The position numbers and the translations under genes are program-made. A DNA stretch of 64,000 bases from an uncultured Enterobacterales bacterium (GTDB lineage: Bacteria; Pseudomonadota; Gammaproteobacteria; Enterobacterales; Succinivibrionaceae), in NCBI GenBank assembly GCA_964615195.1, contig CAZTNG010000002.1, positions 4,524-68,523 on the forward strand. The letters are read 5' to 3'. The notes under the pieces were generated by a model. It had not been told where the DNA came from, did no database searches, and saw nothing but the letters and a program-made list of their open reading frames with translations. Below, piece by piece: positions 1 to 9,417 of the stretch. Each line of letters begins with the position of its first letter. The stretch's first letter is position 1.

Positions 1-1776
1 AGTACCATCAAGATCAAGAGTAATCGACCATTTACCAGTCTTTGCACTAAAAGTCATCTTATCCTGAGCCCAACTATTGGACGTACCAGCATAACATAGG
101 TTTTTGGTTGTCGTATAATTAATCTGACATTCATCTTCGTCAGGATTTAATAAACAATAACAACCATCAGCTGAAGGATTTAATTCACAATATGACTTAC
201 ATTGTCCATTTGAATTTGTTTCCTCGCCCTTACATAAGCAAGATTGAGTTTGCGAACCTGTTGTTGAACAATATGCAGTACAAGTTGACTTATCACTATC
301 ACTTGAACATAAACAAGCAGCACCACTAGGATCAGTCTCACAAGGATCTGTTTGCTTTCCACACCACTCGCCTACACAAATAGCAGCCGCTTTTCTACTT
401 TTAACTGAAATAGTTGCTTTACCATTACTAACAGTAACAGAATTACCACCACAAGGGTCAATTGCACCTAAAATGTCACAATACGTACCATCAGGAACTT
501 CTACACTAAATTCTTTAGTAAAATCACTACCTGTAGTATTCATTACATAAAAGCCTTTTGAGCCTCTATTAATCCATAAAGCACCATCACTATATGCTTT
601 ACTTGTTACTGCTTGATCTCGCGTTGCTCTTGCAAAACGGAATGCATTTAAAACCATAGGTTCACGGTGTTGACACAGCCAACCACCTTCACATCGCGCG
701 GAAGAGATTGGGCCTGCAGGATCATGTTCAGAGAAGGAATAACCAGAATATACTTGACGAACTTTTCCATAAGGCCAAACGACTAGCCATGATTGAGCCA
801 TAGTATATTTATCATTATTCTGTGTAGGCATTGAACATGTACCAGCAGAACAACGATGAAATTCATCATCATGATTGTTTACAAAAACTTCAGAGTTATC
901 GCTTCCTAAACTACCACCCAAATTTAGTGCATTTCCAAAATTTTCGTTTTGAAAAACATCTGTCATTGAACCAACATAACCAAAATCAGTAACAACTGTA
1001 TTCCCATTCCCAGTATATTTATTAGGTTGAATATCAGCTGCCTCACCATTCGCACCGATTACTTCATAATATGCAGGAGGTCTTACACCACCGAGTTTAG
1101 ACTGTACTTTTTGAAAGATTGATTCGAGATCTGTATAACCCATATGCTTTGCAGCATCAACACGGAAGCCATAAACTCCCATCTCGTGTAAATTTGCAAG
1201 ATAAGAAGCTATCTTATCTTGAGTTGCACTATCTTCAGTATATAAATCAGGCATACCTGATAATGCGCATGTTCTTACATGGTTAGCATCACCATAACTA
1301 CTAATAGTACAGCCAGACGTATGGAAATTTGAAGAATCTAAATCTGGATAATAATAACTACCCGCGTTAAACGAGCTTCCACCATAACCAGTATTACCCA
1401 TGCTACCACGTTGGTTAAAAACAGCATCAGCAAAAATCTTTACACCAGCATCATTACAGGCTTTAAGCATTGCTTTAAGTTCAGCTTCATTACCTGTCAT
1501 AGTTGTAAAATTAGTAAAGTTTACAGGTTGATAAACTGCCCACCATGCATCATTTTTATTAATATGTTCAGCAGGTTGAGATATCTGAACACCATCAACA
1601 CCAGCTGGACCTAAATATTCAGTACATTCCTTAGCAATACTGTTATAGCTCCACTGGAACGGGTGGATAATAACCATTTCACTTTCATAGCTTGCGGCCT
1701 GTGCCACACCAAATGAAAGCATTAAAGAGCCTACTGATGCGGCGATCAGTTTTACTCCTGTTTTTCTCTTAATCAT
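1..1776 (-). CDS. Secreted GH13 alpha-amylase (chloride-dependent, animal/Pseudoalteromonas-like type). The N-terminus is complete and the C-terminus runs off the window start.
   Basis: Absent from the ORF track because there is no stop in the window. My reverse-complement translation from the ATG at 1776 (GGAG 8 nt upstream) gives MIKRKTGVKLIAASVGSLMLSFGVAQA/ASYESEMVIIHPFQWSYNSIAKECTEYLGP. GH13 region II is present as YGFRVDAAKHM (about 1141-1175). The frame stays open to nt 1. Confidence 0.85.
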   Translation of the reverse strand, partial: MIKRKTGVKLIAASVGSLMLSFGVAQAASYESEMVIIHPFQWSYNSIAKECTEYLGPAGVDGVQISQPAEHINKNDAWWAVYQPVNFTNFTTMTGNEAELKAMLKACNDAGVKIFADAVFNQRGSMGNTGYGGSSFNAGSYYYPDLDSSNFHTSGCTISSYGDANHVRTCALSGMPDLYTEDSATQDKIASYLANLHEMGVYGFRVDAAKHMGYTDLESIFQKVQSKLGGVRPPAYYEVIGANGEAADIQPNKYTGNGNTVVTDFGYVGSMTDVFQNENFGNALNLGGSLGSDNSEVFVNNHDDEFHRCSAGTCSMPTQNNDKYTMAQSWLVVWPYGKVRQVYSGYSFSEHDPAGPISSARCEGGWLCQHREPMVLNAFRFARATRDQAVTSKAYSDGALWINRGSKGFYVMNTTGSDFTKEFSVEVPDGTYCDILGAIDPCGGNSVTVSNGKATISVKSRKAAAICVGEWCGKQTDPCETDPSGAACLCSSDSDKSTCTAYCSTTGSQTQSCLCKGEETNSNGQCKSYCELNPSADGCYCLLNPDEDECQINYTTTKNLCYAGTSNSWAQDKMTFSAKTGKWSITLDLDGT

Positions 1777-1823
1777 TGGTTCAACTCCATGATGAATATT
1801 AACGAGAACAGCCAAAGGCTAAA

Positions 1824-1837
1824 TGCAAACGTTTTCA
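1824..1837. promoter_or_regulatory. LacI/GalR-family operator-like 14-bp palindrome upstream of the amylase gene
   Basis: TGCAAACGTTTTCA has the form TGnAAACGTTTnCA, with one mismatch to a perfect palindrome. It lies 48-61 nt upstream of the amylase ATG. It matches the generic LacI-family consensus TGnAAnCGnTTnCA. Confidence 0.4.
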
Positions 1838-1981
1838 TAAACTGTTAGACTTTATCATATTAACACAATTTAAACGCAAAAATGTTAATTTAAATCACAA
1901 ATTAACATTTTTTTTACATTTATAGTAAAGCTTATCTAGTATGGTATAATAAAATACTTTATTAAATTTTTTCTTTGAACA

Positions 1982-2530
1982 TCACTTATTAAGTACGTTT
2001 AAAGCATGCATTAAGCCAACAATACATCTGCTTTCACGTAATTCTGAATTAGGATCATTAAGAAGGGAAGTAGCTTTACCTATTGAAATTATTTCTTTTA
2101 TTATTTCTTCTGGTTCATCACCTGTAAATAGTTTTGAATCAAATAAGTCCTCTGCTAAATAAATGTGCATTATTAAGCTCATAAATCCTGGAGCAAAATT
2201 TATTGTTCTTAAATGTGTCAATTTTCTGCAACCTAAACCTATTTCCTCTTGCAACTCTCTTTTAGCACAATCTTCAGGAGTTTCGCCTGAATCTATTTTT
2301 CCCTTCGTAAAACCAAGCTCATACTGCTCAGTTCCAACACAATACTCTCTTGAAAAAATAAAATTTTCACCATCAAAAGGAATAACCATCACCGCCCCTG
2401 CACCAGAACGCAACCTTTCATAAGTAGAACAAACTCCGTTGGAAAATTTAAGATCAACGCCTTCAATTGTAAAAAGCCTACTTTGTGTCAAGACCCTTGT
2501 TTCCATTATTTGGGGTGGTACTTTTTTCAA
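1982..2530 (-). CDS. nudE: ADP compounds hydrolase NudE (Nudix family)
   Basis: Nudix box GKIDSGETPEDCAKRELQEEIGL. SRLFTIEGVDLKFSNGVCSTYERLR and REYCVGTEQYELGFTKG closely parallel E. coli NudE. TTG start 1 nt after the gspN stop, with AAGGGGAG 8 nt upstream. Confidence 0.85.
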   Translation of the reverse strand: MKKVPPQIMETRVLTQSRLFTIEGVDLKFSNGVCSTYERLRSGAGAVMVIPFDGENFIFSREYCVGTEQYELGFTKGKIDSGETPEDCAKRELQEEIGLGCRKLTHLRTINFAPGFMSLIMHIYLAEDLFDSKLFTGDEPEEIIKEIISIGKATSLLNDPNSELRESRCIVGLMHALNVLNK

Positions 2531-2531
2531 T

Positions 2532-3326
2532 TTAGAAACTCCCCTTATAATCTATTCTAATATTTCCTTCAGCGTCAGGTTTTCCTATCATATTTAAAAT
2601 TGAAATTAAACTATCAGGAATTGAACCCTTTGGTCTAATAGATCCTGAAACTTGAACATTATTCATATTTTTAATTATAACTTTAATATTCTGACACTTA
2701 AATTGTTCTGACTCTTGGTCAATAATAATATTAACAATATTGACATCACCATTAGGATTTTCCAAGGATACATTTATTTTCCCCAAATCAATCATTAAAC
2801 TTGGATCAAAAGGATGCTGAATCATTACATCGTTAAAATGTATACTACCATTCACAGCTTTTAATGTACCATTTTTATTCAAAGAAATATTTCTTAAATT
2901 TGTTTGAATTACACCTTCAGCCTTAATAGGGAACGGTAATTTAAGGAAAGGCAAAATTTTTGATATATAACTTTTAAGTTCAACTTTTGATAAATATATT
3001 TCCTTATTTAAATCAAAAATATTCAAATCAAAACTTCCACGGACTAGTTCAGGATCTCTAATATTTACAGACAAACCTCTACCAAAAACCAAGGTAAAAA
3101 AATTAATTTTCCAGTTAACATTGGTAATTCTACTTTCTGCAATATCAATTGTTTCAATCTTACCATTCCATAAATCTCCGCTTACATTGTACAATTTAAC
3201 GTTTTTAGGAAGATCTACGAAAGACATTAATTTATTAGCTGGTGCTAAATAAATTAAAAAAAAGACAAAAAAAACAACTAGAAAAATTGCTCTTACTACT
3301 ATTTTACTGGCCATCATCTTCTTCAT
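2532..3326 (-). CDS. gspN: Type II secretion system protein N
   Basis: Last position in the gspC-N series. Single N-terminal TM (IVVRAIFLVVFFVFFLIYL) and size about 260 aa, as for EpsN/ExeN. Confidence 0.65.
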   Translation of the reverse strand: MKKMMASKIVVRAIFLVVFFVFFLIYLAPANKLMSFVDLPKNVKLYNVSGDLWNGKIETIDIAESRITNVNWKINFFTLVFGRGLSVNIRDPELVRGSFDLNIFDLNKEIYLSKVELKSYISKILPFLKLPFPIKAEGVIQTNLRNISLNKNGTLKAVNGSIHFNDVMIQHPFDPSLMIDLGKINVSLENPNGDVNIVNIIIDQESEQFKCQNIKVIIKNMNNVQVSGSIRPKGSIPDSLISILNMIGKPDAEGNIRIDYKGSF

Positions 3327-3846
3327 CCTTATCTAACCTAATCAATTGTAAATTAGCAATATAAACAACTGCATCACCCTGTTTATCTAAAGTAATCTCA
3401 TCTACTGTAACTCCATACTTATTTTCTAAGGTTCTTAACATTTGATTTATCTTAGCATAAGATTTTGCATCTTCAATTTCAACTGAAGCATGTCTAGCAT
3501 CAATTTCTTTAATTACAGCCCCTTGAATTCCATTTTCTTTAGCAGCCAAAATAGCAGATTTTTGAACAGACATTGAATTATCAATAACTTGAACTGGAGT
3601 ACTATTAACCTTGGAAGCATTCTGTAAAATAAAATTATAACCACTTTTAGCACGATCTAAGGCTATTCCTGCGCTTCGCAATTCTACAAATTTTGGATTA
3701 ATAAAAATATAAAATAACGCAATTAAAACAATTAATATACTTACACAAGACGCAATGAGTTTTTCCTTTTTTGAACTTCTCTGAGATCTTTGAATAAGTA
3801 GCAAAAACTTACTTTTAACCATTGTTTTTAATTTATCAATTTTCAT
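3304..3846 (-). CDS. gspM: Type II secretion system protein M
   Basis: About 180 aa bitopic protein (TM IASCVSILIVLIALFYIFI) directly after gspL, with overlapping stop/start. Confidence 0.7.
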   Translation of the reverse strand: MKIDKLKTMVKSKFLLLIQRSQRSSKKEKLIASCVSILIVLIALFYIFINPKFVELRSAGIALDRAKSGYNFILQNASKVNSTPVQVIDNSMSVQKSAILAAKENGIQGAVIKEIDARHASVEIEDAKSYAKINQMLRTLENKYGVTVDEITLDKQGDAVVYIANLQLIRLDKDEEDDGQ

Positions 3847-5042
3847 TACTTCATTCTCCTCAACTGAACTGAATTTAATATCTTATCTCTACTTTGTTTT
3901 GCATCTAAAGTAGTGACATTAAAATCAACACCAAAAGAATTTTTAAATTTTTCCATATCAAAATCTTCAGGGGCCAAGAACTGAATAATGAATGATTTCT
4001 TTCTTCTTTCAAATTTTAAACTAACCATTTCAATATCTTTGTTAGTTAATATAATTGGAGAAATCATATTAAGTAAATCTATATAACCTTCATCAGTACC
4101 AATTGGAGATGACTCACTTAATCTTTGTTTCAAAGTTGCAACAGGATCATTTGTTCTGCCATTTTCGGGCATAATTTGAGAAAAAATAGATCTTTGTTCA
4201 TTGCGATATGACATCGTTTCTTGTACTACAGATTTAATTTTGTATTGCATATTTAAATGCCAAAAAATTACAATACAAATAAACAAAACTCCAACCTTAA
4301 TCCATGATTGCATAAATTGAAGTTGATAGTTTTTTTTCTGATGAGTAGTTGATAAATTGACTTTACCTTTCAAAGCGCCATCAGCTAATAAAGCTAATGG
4401 TGAATCAGTTAGCTGTTCATCCCATTCATTTCTGTATTCTTCAGGAACATTTGACAGTGAAATCACATGCTTATCTGCGGATAATTGCTCATTTACAAGT
4501 GAAAGCCAATCATTATCAGTCGAAAAACCACTATAATTAGAGTCCCTAAAAATCCACTCATTTCCGATATTTAAGGTGTAAATTGATAATTGATTATCTA
4601 ATTTAGTAGGCATTGGTAATGCCAAAACATCTGGAACAATAATATCCACATCAAATTTTAATGCTATTAAAGCTTCTTCAAAATCCCTTAATTCATCTGT
4701 TTTGTATATTAAAACATCATAGTTCTTACCTTGCCTATTCAATATATTCACTGCAAATAATTCAATATCCTCAGCAAAATCTTCTTCCAACATGTAAAGT
4801 ATAGAATTATAAGAATTCTTTTTTAGTTTTCCGGGATAATTTATATTTTTAAATTTTAAAGATGTAGCAGGATATAAAACAACCACAGGCCTATTTGGTG
4901 AATTTTTGTTAATTTCAACCAAAGACAATAACGAATCTTCTGTTCCACTAGCCAAAATATTGTGACTAACATCATCATATGAAAACCAGAGGTATGATCT
5001 TGGCTCAGATAAAGTAGGTCTTATAAATAAAAACTCACTCAT
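3846..5042 (-). CDS. gspL: Type II secretion system protein L
   Basis: 398 aa, with a cytoplasmic domain, one TM (WIKVGVLFICIVIFW) and a periplasmic domain. Position between gspK and gspM. Confidence 0.8.
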   Translation of the reverse strand: MSEFLFIRPTLSEPRSYLWFSYDDVSHNILASGTEDSLLSLVEINKNSPNRPVVVLYPATSLKFKNINYPGKLKKNSYNSILYMLEEDFAEDIELFAVNILNRQGKNYDVLIYKTDELRDFEEALIALKFDVDIIVPDVLALPMPTKLDNQLSIYTLNIGNEWIFRDSNYSGFSTDNDWLSLVNEQLSADKHVISLSNVPEEYRNEWDEQLTDSPLALLADGALKGKVNLSTTHQKKNYQLQFMQSWIKVGVLFICIVIFWHLNMQYKIKSVVQETMSYRNEQRSIFSQIMPENGRTNDPVATLKQRLSESSPIGTDEGYIDLLNMISPIILTNKDIEMVSLKFERRKKSFIIQFLAPEDFDMEKFKNSFGVDFNVTTLDAKQSRDKILNSVQLRRMK

Positions 5043-6063
5043 GAAGTTCTCCTATTACCCGCTGATAAACAACCAAACTGGTGTCAGCTTCTCTGTAAAA
5101 TCTTGTCTTAAATGCATACTCTTCATCATCAAAGCTAACCTTTATGTTTGCAACAAAATACTTTGAATTAACAACAATTGACTTGTTAATTCTAGTTTTG
5201 AGCCCATTCATTTCGGCAGCCGCAGATTCTAAGCCATCCATTCTAAAAAATCCTAATGATGAATCCCATCCATATTCTGGTCTATTTGTTATAGTACTTA
5301 CTGCCGCTTCTATATCAAGGTGATCTAGAAATAAAGCTACTAACAATGGTGACTGATTTCTTTTTAGAGTATTAATATTAATACTAAAATTCGTATTAGG
5401 TAGTGCACAAATCATAGGCTCTATTCGCCTATAAAGTTCAGGCGTCATTCCTTTTATCATTCGTAACTCTGATTTATCATAAAATAGTCCTTGATTAGTT
5501 AAATATGGTACATGCAATGACATATAATATTGATCTTCTGCTCCATATGAAGATTTAGTATTTGAGTCAACATCTAGCCAATCAACGGCCGAATCAGTGA
5601 TTGTTTCTGCTAAATTATCATCTGCCCCCATCGTTTTTAATAATTGATTAAATACTAAAGCTGGAAATTTCTCCGTTTTAAATTTACTATCTTGATTTTG
5701 AGTTTCTTTCTCAGACAAACCTTCAATTACAACATCTGTAGCTAGTGAATTTATATTTAAACACGCCATTTCATCACTAACGGAACCACTTATAACCGCC
5801 TCATCTAAAGGAATAACTTGGTTCTCTTGAGCCCAATTCATACCTAAATAAACTTTTGTTGGCGTTTTTTTAAAATCGTCCTTCATATACTTAATTATGA
5901 TTCCTTCAATACCATCAACATACCATCTTGCTCGATCATAGTAAAAGCTATTTTGGGTTGTAAAAAAAACCTTGTTAAATCTTACAGAAATAACAGATGC
6001 AGTCATAATCATAATGGCTACCGCTACTAGCACCATTATTAATGCAGATCCTTTATTATTCAT
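5035..6063 (-). CDS. gspK: Type II secretion minor pseudopilin K
   Basis: N-terminus MNNKGSALIMVLVAVAIM is a GspK-type hydrophobic segment lacking Glu5. 342 aa. Position after gspJ. Confidence 0.85.
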   Translation of the reverse strand: MNNKGSALIMVLVAVAIMIMTASVISVRFNKVFFTTQNSFYYDRARWYVDGIEGIIIKYMKDDFKKTPTKVYLGMNWAQENQVIPLDEAVISGSVSDEMACLNINSLATDVVIEGLSEKETQNQDSKFKTEKFPALVFNQLLKTMGADDNLAETITDSAVDWLDVDSNTKSSYGAEDQYYMSLHVPYLTNQGLFYDKSELRMIKGMTPELYRRIEPMICALPNTNFSININTLKRNQSPLLVALFLDHLDIEAAVSTITNRPEYGWDSSLGFFRMDGLESAAAEMNGLKTRINKSIVVNSKYFVANIKVSFDDEEYAFKTRFYREADTSLVVYQRVIGELHE

Positions 6064-6665
6064 CGTAAATTCCCTGCGGTAACATAATATAATCTTGTGA
6101 GCTTACCGTAATCTTGTAACTGAAGTTCTAATTTAACACCTAGTGGTATTTTTGAGCGATCCGTCCAACCTAAAGCCCAAACTCCTTGATTATAAAAAAA
6201 CACTTTGAACGATTTAACTCCAGTCAAAATAACTTCGTATTTAGGTTCATATCCAATAATTGTGTCAGGATACGGATATGATCCTCTTTCTAAATTTTCA
6301 TCTTTTAATCTATACCAAACTCTAACTATTTCACCTCTTGGGAGCAATGCTCCAGGATTTAAAGCGCCACCTCTAGTGAAAGTTAAACCTGTACCTTCGG
6401 AACCAAAAGAACTTTCACCTACATCAATAACACTTCTAGTAGAAGTACCAGATAACCTAGTTGCCCTAGGAACCATTTGCGTATAATCTCGTTCCATCAA
6501 GTTGAAAGCTTTTTGAATTTCATTAAATCTTTCTGTCTTTTCTCTAATAGAATCATCTGAATTCATTACACCAGACATCAACTCATAAGTGCCTTGAGCA
6601 ATTATTGCCATTATTACTATAGACAATAAAACTTCAATTAAAGTAAAACCTTTTTTTCTTATCAT
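6060..6665 (-). CDS. gspJ: Type II secretion minor pseudopilin J
   Basis: Prepilin N-terminus MIRKKG/FTLIEVLLSIVIMAI. About 200 aa. Operon position. Confidence 0.85.
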   Translation of the reverse strand: MIRKKGFTLIEVLLSIVIMAIIAQGTYELMSGVMNSDDSIREKTERFNEIQKAFNLMERDYTQMVPRATRLSGTSTRSVIDVGESSFGSEGTGLTFTRGGALNPGALLPRGEIVRVWYRLKDENLERGSYPYPDTIIGYEPKYEVILTGVKSFKVFFYNQGVWALGWTDRSKIPLGVKLELQLQDYGKLTRLYYVTAGNLR

Positions 6666-6666
6666 T

Positions 6667-7035
6667 TTATCTGCTCACATAAGTCTTTAAAATGACGACA
6701 GGCGTGGATGTACTAGTTTTAGAAGTAGTGAAAACTTCGACCTCTAATGATTTAAAATTTGAATCTTGTGTATTTTGACCTCTATATCTAAAATACCAAG
6801 TTCTATCTGCCAATTCTGTTTTATCCGTAATCCAACTATTATTAGGCCACTTCTTTGCAAGTTTTTGCTCTGATAGCACGTTATCCGCGACCATTTGTGC
6901 TAAGTAAGTCTCTTCTAAACCAGAAATGCCGTGCATTGTATTCATAACGGAATTAATGACTGCGCCACCTGTTAATGCAAAAATACCTAAAGCGACCAAA
7001 ACTTCAAGTAAGGTCATACCCTTAATTTTCTTCAT
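6667..7035 (-). CDS. gspI: Type II secretion minor pseudopilin I
   Basis: Prepilin N-terminus MKKIKG/MTLLEVLVALGIF. 122 aa. Operon position. Confidence 0.85.
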   Translation of the reverse strand: MKKIKGMTLLEVLVALGIFALTGGAVINSVMNTMHGISGLEETYLAQMVADNVLSEQKLAKKWPNNSWITDKTELADRTWYFRYRGQNTQDSNFKSLEVEVFTTSKTSTSTPVVILKTYVSR

Positions 7036-7047
7036 ATTCTGACCTTA

Positions 7048-7683
7048 TTAAAGTTTGTCTTTCTCTGAATCAAACAACCTAAAACTGCCCAATTCTGACC
7101 CTATTATCATAATTGGATTATCTCTAGTATCCTCGTTTTTTATGTTCAATCTAAGTCTAAAAGGTGTTACTTCACCAGTAGGATAAAACAATATTTGAGG
7201 TGTCATTTTTTCATCAACATTATGTGACTCTTTTTCAAAATTGAAATCTTCTAAAGATGTATCTGGATTTTGAATTTCTAGTCCACCAATTTCAAGAGTT
7301 ACATAAACATCATCTGTAAAATTCATTACAGTTGCGATATCTTCCCTTTTATATTGAATCCAACTCAATTGATCCCAATATGTATTACTAAACTCCGACA
7401 TTAAATTAGCCGACTGAATTAATTTCTTACCAGGCACTTTTGTTCGATATAAAAACTCATACCCATTTTCGTTTACTCTTAAACCTATAATTCTACCTTC
7501 CATTGCTGATCTATCACGAATTTCATCTAGTATAAGTAAAAATCTGTCGGCTTGTTCTTGTACAGAACCTTCAAGCGTTGAATTTGCTGGTAGTGCAATT
7601 GAAACCATTGAAGCGGTCATACCCATTAGAAAAATAACCATTAAAATTTCTATTAAAGTAAAACCTTCATTTCTCACTTTCAT
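7048..7683 (-). CDS. gspH: Type II secretion minor pseudopilin H
   Basis: Prepilin N-terminus MKVRNEG/FTLIEILMVIFLMG. Operon position. At 211 aa it is somewhat long for the family. Confidence 0.8.
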   Translation of the reverse strand: MKVRNEGFTLIEILMVIFLMGMTASMVSIALPANSTLEGSVQEQADRFLLILDEIRDRSAMEGRIIGLRVNENGYEFLYRTKVPGKKLIQSANLMSEFSNTYWDQLSWIQYKREDIATVMNFTDDVYVTLEIGGLEIQNPDTSLEDFNFEKESHNVDEKMTPQILFYPTGEVTPFRLRLNIKNEDTRDNPIMIIGSELGSFRLFDSEKDKL

Positions 7684-7712
7684 TATATACCACCAGCAAA
7701 AATGTCTTTTAC

Positions 7713-8165
7713 TTATTGATTATTGCAATCATCCTGAGATGGAGGATTATCTACATTCCAGTTACCAATATCATCACAAGTTCCAACTTCGCCATCTAAG
7801 CCTGCGCTGAAAATATCATATTTTTTCCCATGATCACTAGGCATCTTGTAGTAATAATCACTATGCCAAGGATCTTGAGAAAGCTTTTCCAAATAGCCAT
7901 CACTTCTATATTTTTTTGGAATTGGAGCAGAACTTGGTTTTTCAACTAAAGCCTGTAATCCTTGATCAGTAGTTGGATAACGACCCACATCCATCTTATA
8001 TTGTTTCAGTGCTGTCTCAATTCCATTAATATCAGTTACAACTTTTTGAACATTTGCTTGGTCTACACTCCCCATAACATTTGGAACTACTAACCCTGCA
8101 AGTAAACCCAAAATTACAATTACAACCATTATTTCTAATAGTGTAAATCCTTTATATTTATTCAT
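7713..8165 (-). CDS. gspG: Type II secretion major pseudopilin G
   Basis: MNKYKG/FTLLEIMVVIVILGLLAGLVVPNVMG followed by GRYPTTDQGLQALVEKP, which is the classic GspG sequence. Confidence 0.95.
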   Translation of the reverse strand: MNKYKGFTLLEIMVVIVILGLLAGLVVPNVMGSVDQANVQKVVTDINGIETALKQYKMDVGRYPTTDQGLQALVEKPSSAPIPKKYRSDGYLEKLSQDPWHSDYYYKMPSDHGKKYDIFSAGLDGEVGTCDDIGNWNVDNPPSQDDCNNQ

Positions 8166-8174
8166 TTGTTTTCC

Positions 8175-9416
8175 TTAATGTCCTACCATACTATTCATCT
8201 GCAATAATGGTTGCAGTATTGAAATAACTATAAATAACACAATACCTGCCATACTGACAATTAGTAAAGGCTCAAATATTGACAAAGCCATTGATATATT
8301 TCTTTTAAATTCATTACTTTGATTGTTAGCAGCCCTTCCCAACATATTATCTAATTCACCACTTTTTTCACCAGACGCAATCATATGTAACATCATAGGA
8401 GTAAATAGTGCACTTTCTTGTAACGACCTGCTTAATCCTTTTCCTTCTCTTACACTTTCTGCAGCTACTGTTAATCGCTCCTTAGCCACAACATTTGTTA
8501 AAGTATCACTACTAACATGCATACCTTCAATTAAAGGTACTGCACTAGAATGTAAAATACTTAATGTTTGTGCATATCGAGCAGTATTAAGAGAACGACT
8601 CACTTTACCAATCACAGGCATTTTCAAAAGATAGCCATGAATTATTTTTTTAAAATTTGGCCTTTTCATTGCAACCATAAATAATGTAATTACTAAACCA
8701 ACAGCCATAACAATAAAAAAACCATAGCTTTTGACAAAATCTGAAATTGCAATAAGCACTATTGTTGATGTAGGCAAAGTTGCTTTCATATGAATAAATT
8801 GCTCTACCACCTTCGGTACTACAGACGACAACAATAGTCCAATAACTGACACTGCTACTAAAGTAAGCATGATAGGATATATCATTGCTTGGATAATCTT
8901 TCCCCTCAATTCTTGCTTACTTTCTGTATAATCTGCTAATCTTTCTAAAACATCGTCTAAATGTCCTGATTTTTCACCAGCAGCAACCATTGCGGTATAT
9001 AAGTCATCAAATACCTTAGGAAATTTCCTCATTGCTTCCGCTAGAGATAAGCCCTCACATACTTTATCTCTTACTGCTGAAATAATAGCAGCATGCTTAG
9101 GATTTTCACACTGCTGCGAAACAGCCCTTAGCGTTTCTTCAATTGGCATAGAAGAAGAAATTAATGTGGATATCTGCCTTGTAATTAAACAGAGCGCAGC
9201 ATTACTCATTGATGGTTGAAATAAAGATGACAAAGAAAAGGAATCTTTTTGCGAACCGTTTGAATAAGAATTTGAAGACTTACCCTCAACAATTTCAATT
9301 GGAATTAATCCCATTTCTTTGAGTTTTGTTCTGACAATTTTTGCGGTATCAGCTTCAAAATTACCTTTTTTCTGCTTTCCAGAAGCATCTAATGCAGAAT
9401 ATTGAAATGAAGGCAT
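8175..9416 (-). CDS. gspF: Type II secretion inner-membrane platform protein F
   Basis: 413 aa. MPSFQYSALDASGKQKKG N-terminus, duplicated GspF domains and three TM segments. Confidence 0.95.
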   Translation of the reverse strand: MPSFQYSALDASGKQKKGNFEADTAKIVRTKLKEMGLIPIEIVEGKSSNSYSNGSQKDSFSLSSLFQPSMSNAALCLITRQISTLISSSMPIEETLRAVSQQCENPKHAAIISAVRDKVCEGLSLAEAMRKFPKVFDDLYTAMVAAGEKSGHLDDVLERLADYTESKQELRGKIIQAMIYPIMLTLVAVSVIGLLLSSVVPKVVEQFIHMKATLPTSTIVLIAISDFVKSYGFFIVMAVGLVITLFMVAMKRPNFKKIIHGYLLKMPVIGKVSRSLNTARYAQTLSILHSSAVPLIEGMHVSSDTLTNVVAKERLTVAAESVREGKGLSRSLQESALFTPMMLHMIASGEKSGELDNMLGRAANNQSNEFKRNISMALSIFEPLLIVSMAGIVLFIVISILQPLLQMNSMVGH

Positions 9417-9417
9417 A

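Noticed and set aside
180-362. Small ORFs in the track at 180-362 (-) and 1411-1614 (+).
   Set aside because: Both lie inside the amylase coding region, in an off-frame and antisense respectively. The amylase frame is open throughout and carries GH13 motifs.
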